Origin: an uncultured Bacteroidia bacterium
Lineage (GTDB): Bacteria; Bacteroidota; Bacteroidia; NS11-12g; UBA955
DNA length: 64,000 bases
Direction: 5' to 3'
Assembly (NCBI GenBank): GCA_943789135.1
Contig: CALSSY010000004.1
Coordinates: forward strand, 62,726-126,725
The stretch's first letter is position 1; every line of letters starts with the position of its first letter. The notes beneath the pieces are model-generated. The model was not told where the DNA came from, searched no databases, and saw only the letters and a list, made by a program, of their open reading frames with translations. Below, piece after piece: positions 20,695-31,104 of this stretch. Both the position numbers and the translations under genes were made by a program.

Positions 20695-23181
20695 CTACCG
20701 AAGCAAGGTAAAGTCTCCAAATAATGTGCGACGTTGATTGTCACAACCTACCCATGTTATTTTGAATACATATACACCCTCTTGTGCAGGAATTCCGTTG
20801 ATATAACCGTCCCAATTTCCGTCGGGATGATTGTATTCAGCTAACTTTTCACCCCAGCGATTGTATAACCACAATCTGTATTCAGCTCCTTTAACTTGAT
20901 ATTTATTTGAAGGAAATAGGTCATTCAATCCATCACCATTTGGGGTGAACGCATTTGGCATGTAAATATCTGAGGGAAATAAATCCTTACGTTTATTTAT
21001 CCAAACGGAATCTCTACTGCGACATCCATTTGTAGAAACAATTTCTACAGTATATAATCCGGAATCGTACGCCGTAGTTTTTTGAGTTTTGTTGCCATTA
21101 TTCCAAGAGTACGAACGCATTCCAAAACCAGCATCTAAAACTGGATTTTCCGATAAACAAATGGTGGTATCGGGACCTAAATTAAGTAATGGGCTATTGA
21201 ATAATCTCACCATTAAGGAATCTCGCTCTACACATCCATTCTGTGTCACTACACTTATTTTCAACATTCCCGACTCTCTCAATCTATAGGATTGATTAGG
21301 AATTTCATCGTTCCAAATTACACTTTTAAAATCCGACCTAGGTGCTGTTATCAACGTATCAATGATATCGCAAAAACTCAAATCTGGACCCAACTCCAAT
21401 TCCCTAGGATAAAATACAAAATCAAAATCATCTGTAGTTGAACAAAGTCCTACCGTTGCCTTAACCGTATAATTTCCGGACTTATTAGTTGTCATAGTTG
21501 GTCCAGTTAATCCGTTACTCCAAGAAATACTTGCTGTAGGATCGTTATAGATCGCGGTAAAGATCATTGGAACATCGGCGCAACCAATGGTATCGTTTAC
21601 TTGCACGGTTACTTCGGGGAACTGATCAACGCGCACGCTATCTATACTTTTGCAACCGTTTATGGTCGTAACATTCACATAATACCAACCCTTTTGATTT
21701 ATTATCTGACTACGATTATTAACACCATTAGACCATGTAAATGATGCATTTGGTATATCTTCAGCACCTATTGGATGGTTGAACGTTTCATCGCTGCAAA
21801 ATAGTGTATCGCCAAAAGCTCTGGCAATATCCCGATCAACATCAACTTGTATGGTATCGTACCATGTGCATGTCTTTTGTGAAACACCAAGGATATATTG
21901 ACCATCTGTATTCACAACAATGGAATCAGAGGTTGATCCTGTATTCCAGATATAACCGTCTCCTTTAATATCTGACTTCAATACAATTTGGTCACCAGGG
22001 CAGATAATGGTATCATTTGGCAGAGTAGGAATTACAGGCTCTATTACATTTACTGTCAATCTAAATGTATCCGAACAATTGTTTTTAAAGGCAACTAGTG
22101 TAACAACATATTCCCCAGCCTTCGGGAATTTAAAGCTTGGTTTGGTTTGATTGGATGTATCATCCTCGCGATTCTCAACACCAAAATCCCAAAAATACCG
22201 TTGTGCTCCTTGGCTGTAATTCGTAAATAGATATTCATATCCACAAATGAATTTAGGGGCAAAAAATGATGACATCACATTAATTACACAAGCTTGTACA
22301 TTAAATTGATAGTCTCGAATGGTTTCGTTTATAAAAACTCCGTTACGGTATTCTTTCACAGATATACCTACAACAAACTGGCCTGCCTGTGTGGGTGTCA
22401 ATGTTAAAAAACCCGTTGACGAATCAATTCGCATTTTAGGAAAACCATTTATTGGATCATTAGCGGTGTAAGCGTTCTTCCAGGAAATTAAATCGAAAGG
22501 TGGTCTATCCATAGTTCCACTCGCACCATCATCGGGTCTTGGGAAGTCTCTATTCCCCCCTGTGTAAGGCGTGGTTAAGCTGTAAACCAAAGAGTCCCCA
22601 TCTGCATCTTTGGCACTGTGATCGAACCTAAGTGCGGTATTGGTGCATAAAAAATTAGGAGGTAACTCTTTAAAAACTGCAGAAGAGTTATTACCAACAT
22701 CATTAGCATTTGGAATGAACGTCCAATAATTGGCACCTGTCCCCCCTGGATCTGTAATATTGGTTATTGTACCATTACGGCAACATCTTTGAAATGAAAT
22801 GTAATAGCCCCCAGTTCTTGGAGATAGGGTTACCGTTCTTTCATACCAATAATGATCAACACAAGCATTTGGCTGCACAGCAATGCAGTTGTAGTTTGTT
22901 TTTGTAATGCGTTGTGGACCACTTCTGCTTACAGATACCGGATAACCTGGCACCATTTTTCGCGTATTTCCATAAAAAATCGCAAATAACGCATTTCTGT
23001 CAGATTCTACAGCTTGAGGGTTGCCATTGATACAATCAATATATAAGTCTAGTCTGAGTTTATATTGGTTATTGCCAAGATAGGTATAGGTCATTTCCCC
23101 ACCCACAATGTGAGTTGCATCCACCTTTTGAAATAATAAAAAAAGGAGACAAGCGAAAAATCTTAGGAAACGCCTTAGCAT
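20695..23181 (-). CDS. gliding-motility-associated / T9SS type-B C-terminal sorting-domain surface protein with Ig/PKD-like repeats
   Basis: signal peptide; C-terminal 'YMPNAFTPNGDGLND...FKITWVGCD' CHU_C-type CTD. Confidence 0.8.
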   Translation of the reverse strand: MLRRFLRFFACLLFLLFQKVDATHIVGGEMTYTYLGNNQYKLRLDLYIDCINGNPQAVESDRNALFAIFYGNTRKMVPGYPVSVSRSGPQRITKTNYNCIAVQPNACVDHYWYERTVTLSPRTGGYYISFQRCCRNGTITNITDPGGTGANYWTFIPNANDVGNNSSAVFKELPPNFLCTNTALRFDHSAKDADGDSLVYSLTTPYTGGNRDFPRPDDGASGTMDRPPFDLISWKNAYTANDPINGFPKMRIDSSTGFLTLTPTQAGQFVVGISVKEYRNGVFINETIRDYQFNVQACVINVMSSFFAPKFICGYEYLFTNYSQGAQRYFWDFGVENREDDTSNQTKPSFKFPKAGEYVVTLVAFKNNCSDTFRLTVNVIEPVIPTLPNDTIICPGDQIVLKSDIKGDGYIWNTGSTSDSIVVNTDGQYILGVSQKTCTWYDTIQVDVDRDIARAFGDTLFCSDETFNHPIGAEDIPNASFTWSNGVNNRSQIINQKGWYYVNVTTINGCKSIDSVRVDQFPEVTVQVNDTIGCADVPMIFTAIYNDPTASISWSNGLTGPTMTTNKSGNYTVKATVGLCSTTDDFDFVFYPRELELGPDLSFCDIIDTLITAPRSDFKSVIWNDEIPNQSYRLRESGMLKISVVTQNGCVERDSLMVRLFNSPLLNLGPDTTICLSENPVLDAGFGMRSYSWNNGNKTQKTTAYDSGLYTVEIVSTNGCRSRDSVWINKRKDLFPSDIYMPNAFTPNGDGLNDLFPSNKYQVKGAEYRLWLYNRWGEKLAEYNHPDGNWDGYINGIPAQEGVYVFKITWVGCDNQRRTLFGDFTLLR

Positions 23182-23255
23182 TTTAACAAATATAACAATT
23201 TATGTGGGTATTTGTTAGGTGTTCCCGCTGCTGTTAACGGAATAAAGCTGCGCAA

Positions 23256-23735
23256 TTATTGAAGATAAACATTTAAATCTTCAGGATTCTCATTTTCGAA
23301 AAGCACGTGATCTTGAAGCGTGGTAGCAATACTTAAACCTACGTAATTAGCTGAAATTGGATAACTCCGATGCTCTCGAACCGCTAAAAATGCAGTTTCA
23401 AGCGAAGAAACCCCATTATTCATGCACGTCATGGCGGCAATAAAAGCCGTTTTACCAGAATTAAGTACATCATCTACGATAATGATGTTTTCGGCTTTAT
23501 AATCGTGTTTAGCCATTTCTTGAGTTACGTTAATTTGCTCTAAAGACACGATTAAATTCGGTAAAATTTCGTTCAAACCATGTTGGATTAATTTCGCTAA
23601 AAAACTACCGCGTTCATTCAAACCTAACAATAAAAGGCTCGATTTGTCGACATGATTTTCAGCTATTTGCAAAATCATTCTCTTTAGGGTAATACGGATT
23701 TCAGAATCCCTTAGAACTATTTGTTTTGCATTCAT
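23256..23735 (-). CDS. phosphoribosyltransferase family protein
   Basis: PRPP-binding motif 'IIIVDDVLNSGKTA'. Confidence 0.7.
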   Translation of the reverse strand: MNAKQIVLRDSEIRITLKRMILQIAENHVDKSSLLLLGLNERGSFLAKLIQHGLNEILPNLIVSLEQINVTQEMAKHDYKAENIIIVDDVLNSGKTAFIAAMTCMNNGVSSLETAFLAVREHRSYPISANYVGLSIATTLQDHVLFENENPEDLNVYLQ

Positions 23736-23761
23736 TTCAATTCGAATTTAGTTTTTTATAA

Positions 23762-24262
23762 TTAGAGTTCGTGCTCACCCTTCAGATTTTTTTCTAAACG
23801 CGTAAGATATCTCCGGCGTTGATACCAAATAGAAACTTCATTCATCATTTCCTCGTTTAAATACCAGTCGCTCTTATTTTCGGTTTTTCCGTGGATCTCC
23901 ATTAATTGATTATCCAAACCATTTATTAAAGCGTGAATGGCACCTTCTATTCTTACCCTATCTGAATTTTCCTTGATGTTATCAATTTCCTCACTTAACT
24001 CCATGGCTTCCATTAAAAAATCCATTCCAATCAAATTGGTATTTGGCGGCCAGGTGCCATAATGTTTTAAAATTTGAGACATCCTACTTTCATCGCTTTT
24101 CAGCAATGAATAAGCTTGGTTTGCCCATTCTGAAATTTCAGGGTCATTACCTAAATCTGGGTGACCGTTTTTTTGCAACTGAATATAACTTTTTCTTAAT
24201 GCTGCTAAATCCAGTATTGGTTTGGGTTCAATATTCAATATTTCAAAGGGATTTTTATCCAT
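23762..24262 (-). CDS. J-domain co-chaperone (HscB-like)
   Basis: N-terminal J-like domain with an HPD tripeptide ('NGHPDL'); 166 aa. Confidence 0.55.
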   Translation of the reverse strand: MDKNPFEILNIEPKPILDLAALRKSYIQLQKNGHPDLGNDPEISEWANQAYSLLKSDESRMSQILKHYGTWPPNTNLIGMDFLMEAMELSEEIDNIKENSDRVRIEGAIHALINGLDNQLMEIHGKTENKSDWYLNEEMMNEVSIWYQRRRYLTRLEKNLKGEHEL

Positions 24263-25605
24263 TAGAAACCCAGAGCACGAGAAATATCAACCCAGAAAAT
24301 AAAGACAAACAAACTCAATAATACAGCCATCCCAATAAGTTGACCAATATACAATACCTTTTCGTTGACCGGTCTTCTGGTGATCATTTCGTAAAGTAGG
24401 AACATAACATGACCGCCATCTAAAGCAGGAATCGGCAATATATTCATTAAAGCCAAAGCCAGACTTATGGTGGCTGTTAGAGTCCAGAAGTTTATCCAAT
24501 CCCATGTAGGTCCATACATTTGTGCAATACCAATTGGACCAGCAAGTGAATTTTTAGCATTTACTTTACCCGAAACCACTTTTCCGAGACCTTTTGCGTT
24601 TGCAGCAATTAACTCGTAACTCTTTTGCGTACCTAAAATCAAAGATTTGCCTGCTGAATATGAAATTTTCTTTTCAGCGCCTTCAAAACCATTGATGTTG
24701 GGCTGGAAACCTAATGTTCCCGATTCGCTGATGGTTATGTAGGTTTTCCTGATTTCTCCATCTGGCGATTTCAAAGTAAATTCTGCGGTTTGTCCCGCTT
24801 TTTTAGTTAAGATTTCTTTGAATTCAAAGAAAGATCCAAAACTCATAGAGTCTATCAGAACAAATGCATCTCCGTCTACGACGCCTGCTTTATCCGCTGG
24901 ACTTCCTCCAACTACTCGTTTTACATCAAATTTATAACGAGGAGCAATCAATGGTAAATCGCTCGACATTGAAAAAGAATTCTCAATATCACTAGGTAGG
25001 TTAACTGTAACAGTTTGGTTATCACGAATAAGTGTAACTTCCTTTTTGTTGTTAGTTAAAAATTCAGGACTCAAAAAAGCACCCATTAAGTTTTCAACCT
25101 GTTCTCCATTAAGTGCTTGTATTTGATCACCGGTTTGCAATCCCCATTTTTGTGCAACGGGACTTACATAAATTCCACCGCGCTCATTTATTGCAGAGGT
25201 TGGTACAAACGTTTCTCCCTGTGAAAATGTTAATCCGGAAATAATTACAATCCCTAAAATAACGTTTACCACTACTCCACCAATCATTACAATCAATCGT
25301 TGCCATGCTGGTTTCGATCTAAACTCCCATGGTTCAGGCTCAGATTTCAATTGTTCTTTATCCAAGCTTTCATCAACCATTCCGGCTATTTTTACATAAC
25401 CACCTAATGGCAACCAACCTATTCCGTATTCTGTATCCCCTTTTTTGAATTTAAAAAGTTTAACACCGAAGGCATCAAAAAACAGATAAAACTTTTCAAC
25501 TTTTATGCCGAAAGCTCGTGCAGCTAAAAAATGACCCAATTCATGAAGGGTTACAAGTAGCCCAAGAGCGGCAAAAAATTGTACTAGGGTTATTAGGGTA
25601 TTCAT
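24262..25605 (-). CDS. rseP: RIP (site-2) zinc metalloprotease RseP
   Basis: 'HELGHFLAARAFG' HExxH motif, PDZ domain, TM helices. Confidence 0.9.
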   Translation of the reverse strand: MNTLITLVQFFAALGLLVTLHELGHFLAARAFGIKVEKFYLFFDAFGVKLFKFKKGDTEYGIGWLPLGGYVKIAGMVDESLDKEQLKSEPEPWEFRSKPAWQRLIVMIGGVVVNVILGIVIISGLTFSQGETFVPTSAINERGGIYVSPVAQKWGLQTGDQIQALNGEQVENLMGAFLSPEFLTNNKKEVTLIRDNQTVTVNLPSDIENSFSMSSDLPLIAPRYKFDVKRVVGGSPADKAGVVDGDAFVLIDSMSFGSFFEFKEILTKKAGQTAEFTLKSPDGEIRKTYITISESGTLGFQPNINGFEGAEKKISYSAGKSLILGTQKSYELIAANAKGLGKVVSGKVNAKNSLAGPIGIAQMYGPTWDWINFWTLTATISLALALMNILPIPALDGGHVMFLLYEMITRRPVNEKVLYIGQLIGMAVLLSLFVFIFWVDISRALGF

Positions 25606-25677
25606 ATACGTTCTTAAACTACAAAATTAGGCATTCAAGGTGTACTGCATGTAAGCTTTCGCAAAAAACACAAATAA

Positions 25678-26112
25678 TCAAGACGAAATGCGTTTTTCCA
25701 TGAAATAATGGGGAATTCCAACTTCTATGAATTTTTCCCCTAAAATGGAATAATCTCTCCTTAAATAAAAGTCGCAAGCCGTTTCTCTAGCATGTAAGAT
25801 TATCCTTTCTACCGCATTGGATGCCGCCCAATTCTCAATAAATGCGACCATTTCATTTCCGTATCCCAATCCTTGAAAGTTAGGATGAACTGCAACTTGT
25901 CTCATCTTAAAGGAACTATTAGCCAAGTCAACCATTTGCGCAGTAGCAATTATCACATCATCTAATTCGACAACAAAGTGAATGCATTCTTCTTCGCTTT
26001 GTAAATCTTGAGTTGAAAAAATCAACCCTAATGGCGCTCTTAAGACTAAATCACGAAGCGCCAAAGCTTGATAATATTCAACCGATTTATACGATACGAT
26101 TTTTACATTCAT
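25678..26112 (-). CDS. GNAT family N-acetyltransferase
   Basis: acetyl-CoA binding 'QGLGYGNEMV' motif. Confidence 0.7.
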   Translation of the reverse strand: MNVKIVSYKSVEYYQALALRDLVLRAPLGLIFSTQDLQSEEECIHFVVELDDVIIATAQMVDLANSSFKMRQVAVHPNFQGLGYGNEMVAFIENWAASNAVERIILHARETACDFYLRRDYSILGEKFIEVGIPHYFMEKRISS

Positions 26113-26113
26113 T

Positions 26114-28378
26114 TTATTTTGCCCGGTCTTGGGCTTCACAAACAGCCAAGGCTACCATATTCATTATTTCTCTAACTGTAGAACTGTGATGCAAAATATG
26201 AACCGTTTTATTCATACCAAGTAGCACAGGACCAATGGCTTCGCTTCCGCCCATTGTTCGAAGAAGTTGGTAGGCAGAATTTGCCGCATTCAAATCCGGA
26301 AAAATAAAGGTATTGGCTGCTTCTTTCCCTAATTTATTGAATGGATAAAGCTCTTGTCTTTGTTCGCCATCGAAGGCAAAAACTGGCTGCATTTCACCGT
26401 CTATTAAAATATGCGGATCGCTCTCATGCAATCTTTTTACCACGCGTCGAATTTTTTCAGGTGATTGGCCGTTGTTTGAGCCAAAATTAGAATATGAAAT
26501 CATCGCTATTTTTGGTTCAATTTGGAAAGACTTCACACGCGTGTATACGTTTTTCACTAAACGATATAGTGACTCTTCATCTAATTCAACATTTACCGTG
26601 GTATCGGCAAAAAACATAGGACCCGATTTGCTCATCATAATGTGCATTCCAGCAATTCGTTGAGTCTCAGGGCTCATACCAATAGACGCTAAAGCCGGCT
26701 TAAGGGCCAATGGATAACTTCGGGTCAATCCCGAAATAAAAACATCGGCTTCTCCCGTTTCAACCATCATTGAACCAAAGTAATTCCGATTTCTCATTTG
26801 GTATTCCGCTTCATATCGGGTTATGCCCTTTCTTCCGCGTTTTTCAAATAACATTTGACCAAACTTATTCCGCATTTCCTCTTCCCTTCTTGGATCAATA
26901 ATAATCACTTCGGGAATATTAATATTGTTCTCAGCCATCATTTTTTCAATGACCTCTGGCTTTCCAAGTAAAATTGGTGTCGCAATTTTATCATTGTAAC
27001 AGCCTTGAGCTGCACGTAAAATTCTCACGTTATCGGCCTCCGCAAATACCACTTTCTTCGGTCCACGTTTGGCTTTAATCATCAAACGATTTACAAAATC
27101 ATTATCAATTCCAAGTCGTTTGCGAAGTTCATTCTTATACGCTTCCCAGTCCTGAATTGGCGCTTTTGCCACTCCGCTTTCCATAGCTGCTAGAGCAACA
27201 GCAGGAGCAACCGTGGTAATCAAACGTGGATCCATTGGTTTTGGGATGATATAATTAGGCCCGAATGCCATATTGGCTTCGTTATATGCCATCATTACTA
27301 CTTCAGGCACAGGTTCATGGGCAAGCGAGGCAATGGCACGAACCGCAGCCAACTTCATTGCTTCGTTTATCTCCGTTGCACGAACATCTAAGGCACCTCT
27401 AAAAATAAATGGGAAACCCAATACGTTATTCACCTGGTTGGGATAATCACTCCTACCGGTTGCCATAATAATATCTTTTCGAGTTTGAATCGCTAAATGA
27501 TAATCGATTTCCGGGGTCGGATTGGCCATTGCAAATACAATGGGATTAGCAGCCATAGATAATATCATTTCGGGCGTAAGAATATTCCCTTTACTCAATC
27601 CCACAAAAACTTCGGCTCCTGCCAAAGCTTCTTCTAAAGTATGTATGTCACGATCGGTAGCAAATTGAGATTTATACTTATCTAAATTTTCTCGATCCGA
27701 ACGAATCACGCCTTTAGAATCGAGCATAACAATATTCTCAATTTTGGCACCTAATGCTACAAAGAGTTTTGTACATGCTATTGCACTTGCTCCTGCACCA
27801 TTAACCACCATTTTAACCTCTCCAATTTTTTTATCTACAATTTGAAGGGCATTAATTAATCCAGCACCTGAAATGATAGCCGTTCCATGCTGATCATCAT
27901 GCATTATCGGAATATTGAGCTCGGCTTTAAGTCTTTCCTCTATTTCAAAACTCTCGGGAGCTTTAATATCTTCAAGATTGATACCCCCAAATGTTGGCTC
28001 GAGTGCTTTTACTGTTCTAATAAAGTCTTCAACATTAGCACAATCCAATTCAATATCAAAAACGTCTATATCCGCGAAAAGCTTGAACAAAACGCCCTTA
28101 CCTTCCATAACTGGCTTACTGGCTTCTGGACCTATGTTTCCTAATCCTAAGACTGCGGTTCCATCAGATATAACGGCTACAAGATTGCCTTTGGCTGTAT
28201 ACTTATAAACGTCTTCTTTATTTTCCGCAATGCGCTCGCAAGGTTCTGCTACCCCAGGCGAGTATGCCAATGCTAAATCAAATTGTGTTCGTGTAGGTTT
28301 GGTTGATACCACTTCAATCTTCCCAGGCCTTCCTTCTGCGTGGTAAGACAATGCATCGAAATATTTTTTATTTGCCAT
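26114..28378 (-). CDS. maeB: NADP-dependent malic enzyme (malic enzyme domain plus PTA-like domain)
   Basis: 754 aa; malic enzyme N/NAD domains followed by a phosphate-acetyltransferase-like C-terminus. Confidence 0.9.
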   Translation of the reverse strand: MANKKYFDALSYHAEGRPGKIEVVSTKPTRTQFDLALAYSPGVAEPCERIAENKEDVYKYTAKGNLVAVISDGTAVLGLGNIGPEASKPVMEGKGVLFKLFADIDVFDIELDCANVEDFIRTVKALEPTFGGINLEDIKAPESFEIEERLKAELNIPIMHDDQHGTAIISGAGLINALQIVDKKIGEVKMVVNGAGASAIACTKLFVALGAKIENIVMLDSKGVIRSDRENLDKYKSQFATDRDIHTLEEALAGAEVFVGLSKGNILTPEMILSMAANPIVFAMANPTPEIDYHLAIQTRKDIIMATGRSDYPNQVNNVLGFPFIFRGALDVRATEINEAMKLAAVRAIASLAHEPVPEVVMMAYNEANMAFGPNYIIPKPMDPRLITTVAPAVALAAMESGVAKAPIQDWEAYKNELRKRLGIDNDFVNRLMIKAKRGPKKVVFAEADNVRILRAAQGCYNDKIATPILLGKPEVIEKMMAENNINIPEVIIIDPRREEEMRNKFGQMLFEKRGRKGITRYEAEYQMRNRNYFGSMMVETGEADVFISGLTRSYPLALKPALASIGMSPETQRIAGMHIMMSKSGPMFFADTTVNVELDEESLYRLVKNVYTRVKSFQIEPKIAMISYSNFGSNNGQSPEKIRRVVKRLHESDPHILIDGEMQPVFAFDGEQRQELYPFNKLGKEAANTFIFPDLNAANSAYQLLRTMGGSEAIGPVLLGMNKTVHILHHSSTVREIMNMVALAVCEAQDRAK

Positions 28379-28486
28379 TGCAGGGGCAAATATAACCGAT
28401 TCGGGTTATTGTCAGATTGACAATACTCCCATTTTAATGCAATGGCCTCAATATTGGTCAGAACAGATTATGGTAACGTTTTTCTA

Positions 28487-28876
28487 TCACAAGCGAACTA
28501 ACTGGCCTTTTCTCTTTATTATGTTTTTATAATCCCATTGAATTTTAACGGATTTGTCTAACCAACCAATTAATAAATCCTTATCAATTTCCTCAACTGC
28601 ATTGTAGTAAAACGATGCATCACGGAACTTCCCATGGGTAATAATCAATTCGGGCTCGTCGAAATCTGCACCACTCCAAAACATCAACCTCAATCCTTTC
28701 TTTTGTTTACTATAACCCACTATTGGGTTGCCGGCTAAAAACCATACGGGATGTCTGTGCCATACCTTTGATTCTGATTCTACAAGATGCTCACTTATGA
28801 TTTGTTCCAATTTGTTACAAATTAGATTGTAAGGTAAAAGTTGCTCATTATTGTATTTTTGAATTTCTTGGTTCAT
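28487..28876 (-). CDS. DUF1801 (YdhG-like) domain protein
   Basis: 129-aa ORF with a recalled DUF1801 pattern. Confidence 0.45.
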   Translation of the reverse strand: MNQEIQKYNNEQLLPYNLICNKLEQIISEHLVESESKVWHRHPVWFLAGNPIVGYSKQKKGLRLMFWSGADFDEPELIITHGKFRDASFYYNAVEEIDKDLLIGWLDKSVKIQWDYKNIIKRKGQLVRL

Positions 28877-28972
28877 CTTTTTTTTTTTGCGAAAAAATCC
28901 CTGGCAAAGTAATCACCAAAAAAAATAGATTCAAGTTCATTTACCTTATTTGGATTCATCGTATAAAGGTTC

Positions 28973-30985
28973 ATGAAATCGATAATAAAAATTGCCACAA
29001 TCACTAGTATGGGTTTGTTATCCGCCTTAGGATTCTCTGAACTTCAGAAAGAGAAGATCATCATTAAAAAGACCGATCTAATCCAAAAATCAAATTCTTC
29101 AGATTTTGAGGATTCAACTTCAAAGCAATTGGTTAACGTCAATAATGAAAAATCCATTCCCAGGATTTTTCATTTGAAAAAAAAGGTCAAGGACTCGACC
29201 AAATTACTTTACCTATTAGATACCACTGGAATTATTTGGGATTACGCTGAAAGTGATGATTTTGGCAATGTCGATTTCAACATAAAAAAACCGGGAACTT
29301 ACAGGGTTGCAAAAATGAACGGTGCAAAGGTAATTTGGTCAAAACGCGCATTATTTTCGGACGGAATCAATTCAATAAAAATCGGCACAAATGGGAAAGA
29401 AAGCATTCATACAATGCGCAATTTTTCTGGCTCCATTGCAAAAAGGCATTTAACCCTTGAGGATGGCGCAGCTCCTGCTCCAACTTCGCTATCTCGAGTT
29501 AAGGATATGTCTATTAGCCATTTTGCCGATGAAATTGCGATCGAAGATGCCGAAACCGAAGAAACTATGGTAAAAACTTCCGAGAAAATAGAAGTATCGA
29601 CTGTATCTGAAGAAAAAACATCAAAGAAAAGTGAAAAGGCCAAAGCAGGCGTAATGACTGCGGGTATTTGGAATGATTTAGAAAATTGGGACCGTTTTAA
29701 TAAAACCCTGCAAGATGAGAAAATACACGCCAATCAATGGAATTGGAAAATGGACAATCGAAGATATGCTATTGAAATTACCGATAAAAACGGCAATCCC
29801 GCTATTGATATAGCTTTACAACTACGGAACGAAGATGGAAGTATATTTTGGACGGCCAGAACTGATAATCGAGGATTTGCAGAACTATGGTATGCGCCCT
29901 ATTTAACAGAATTAAAAGATCTACCCCATGATTTTTTACTGTATGCTCAATATGGAGAAAGACCTTTTACCAAATTGGGTAAAGTTGGTTCTGACGGGGA
30001 TGTGCGGAACTCCTTTCGAATTAATTTCGAAAAATCAACTCCAAAAAATGTCGACATATGTTTTGTCGTCGATGCTACCGGATCCATGGGAGATGAAATC
30101 AAATACCTAAAAGAAGAATTAATGGAATTGATGCTAAGAAGTTCCGAAATGACACCTTGTTCTGATTTGAGATTATCTACGGTTTTTTACCGAGATAATC
30201 GGGATGCCTACACGGCCATTCATGCGCCTTTCACCTCAAGATTTGAAGACGCCGTTGATTTTGTTCAATCACAAGGTGCAGGTGGTGGTGGAGATTACCC
30301 AGAGGCCGTAGATGCTGGATTAGAAGAAGCCATTGAAAAGCTCGAATGGAGTAAAAATGCCCTTACACGTTTGTGCTTCTTGGTATTAGATGCTCCACCG
30401 CACAAAGAAAAAAAGAGTGAAATTGAGCGATTGACCAAAGAATACGCCGCACAAGGGATAAAAATAATTCCCATTGCAGCAAGTGGCATTGATAAACCAA
30501 CGGAGTTCTTGATGAAACGCATGGCTGCCATAACTTCAGGTGACTACATCTATATTACCGATCACTCTGGAGTTGGCAATTCTCACATCAAGCCATCTGG
30601 TGTTACAAGCGATATTGACCTTTTAAAAAATCAACTAGAAAAAGTAATTCGTAAATACACCGTTAATAAAGAATGTGACAAAGAACCTAAACCTTACAAT
30701 CCAGATCCTCAAACAATAATTTTTGGAAACGATCAAATTGTAATTCAATGTTTTCCAAATCCTGCAACATCTTTTATCAGTATTAATAGCAATACCAAGA
30801 TGAATAATGTACTCGTATATGGAATTAACGGACAATTGATTAAAAAGGTAGAAAGCATCAATACAGATACCTATCGTTTAGATGTTAGAGACATCGCAAA
30901 AGGCATGTATATTTTAAAAGCCAATACCGACAATCAAACCTTCACAACTAAAATATTAATCTTGAACTCTCAAGGGATTGATTGA
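28973..30985 (+). CDS. secreted von Willebrand factor A domain protein with a T9SS type-A C-terminal sorting domain
   Basis: signal peptide; MIDAS motif 'VVDATGSMGDEI'; C-terminal 'QCFPNPATSFISIN...' por-secretion tail. Confidence 0.75.
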   Translation: MKSIIKIATITSMGLLSALGFSELQKEKIIIKKTDLIQKSNSSDFEDSTSKQLVNVNNEKSIPRIFHLKKKVKDSTKLLYLLDTTGIIWDYAESDDFGNVDFNIKKPGTYRVAKMNGAKVIWSKRALFSDGINSIKIGTNGKESIHTMRNFSGSIAKRHLTLEDGAAPAPTSLSRVKDMSISHFADEIAIEDAETEETMVKTSEKIEVSTVSEEKTSKKSEKAKAGVMTAGIWNDLENWDRFNKTLQDEKIHANQWNWKMDNRRYAIEITDKNGNPAIDIALQLRNEDGSIFWTARTDNRGFAELWYAPYLTELKDLPHDFLLYAQYGERPFTKLGKVGSDGDVRNSFRINFEKSTPKNVDICFVVDATGSMGDEIKYLKEELMELMLRSSEMTPCSDLRLSTVFYRDNRDAYTAIHAPFTSRFEDAVDFVQSQGAGGGGDYPEAVDAGLEEAIEKLEWSKNALTRLCFLVLDAPPHKEKKSEIERLTKEYAAQGIKIIPIAASGIDKPTEFLMKRMAAITSGDYIYITDHSGVGNSHIKPSGVTSDIDLLKNQLEKVIRKYTVNKECDKEPKPYNPDPQTIIFGNDQIVIQCFPNPATSFISINSNTKMNNVLVYGINGQLIKKVESINTDTYRLDVRDIAKGMYILKANTDNQTFTTKILILNSQGID

Positions 30986-31002
30986 TCAAGAATAACTATA
31001 GA

Positions 31003-31049
31003 TGCGATTTTCGCGAAAAAATCATCAAATATTAATCGCGAAAATCGCA
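31003..31049. promoter_or_regulatory. dyad-symmetric element upstream of fumC: 13-bp perfect inverted repeat 'tgcgattttcgcg' / 'cgcgaaaatcgca', whose first arm overlaps the self-palindrome 'ttttcgcgaaaa' (31008-31019)
   Basis: read directly from the sequence; located between the vWA stop at 30985 and the fumC start at 31105. Confidence 0.4.
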
Positions 31050-31104
31050 CCTATGTCTTGAGAGATTTAGAGTTCTGCTCGGGGTGCTGTATTTTTGCAC
31101 CACT

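Noticed and set aside
26472-28208. Plus-strand ORFs within maeB (26472-26663, 27887-28144, 27915-28208)
   Set aside because: They are antisense to the intact malic enzyme gene; the Ser/Leu-rich composition is typical of a reverse-complement artefact.
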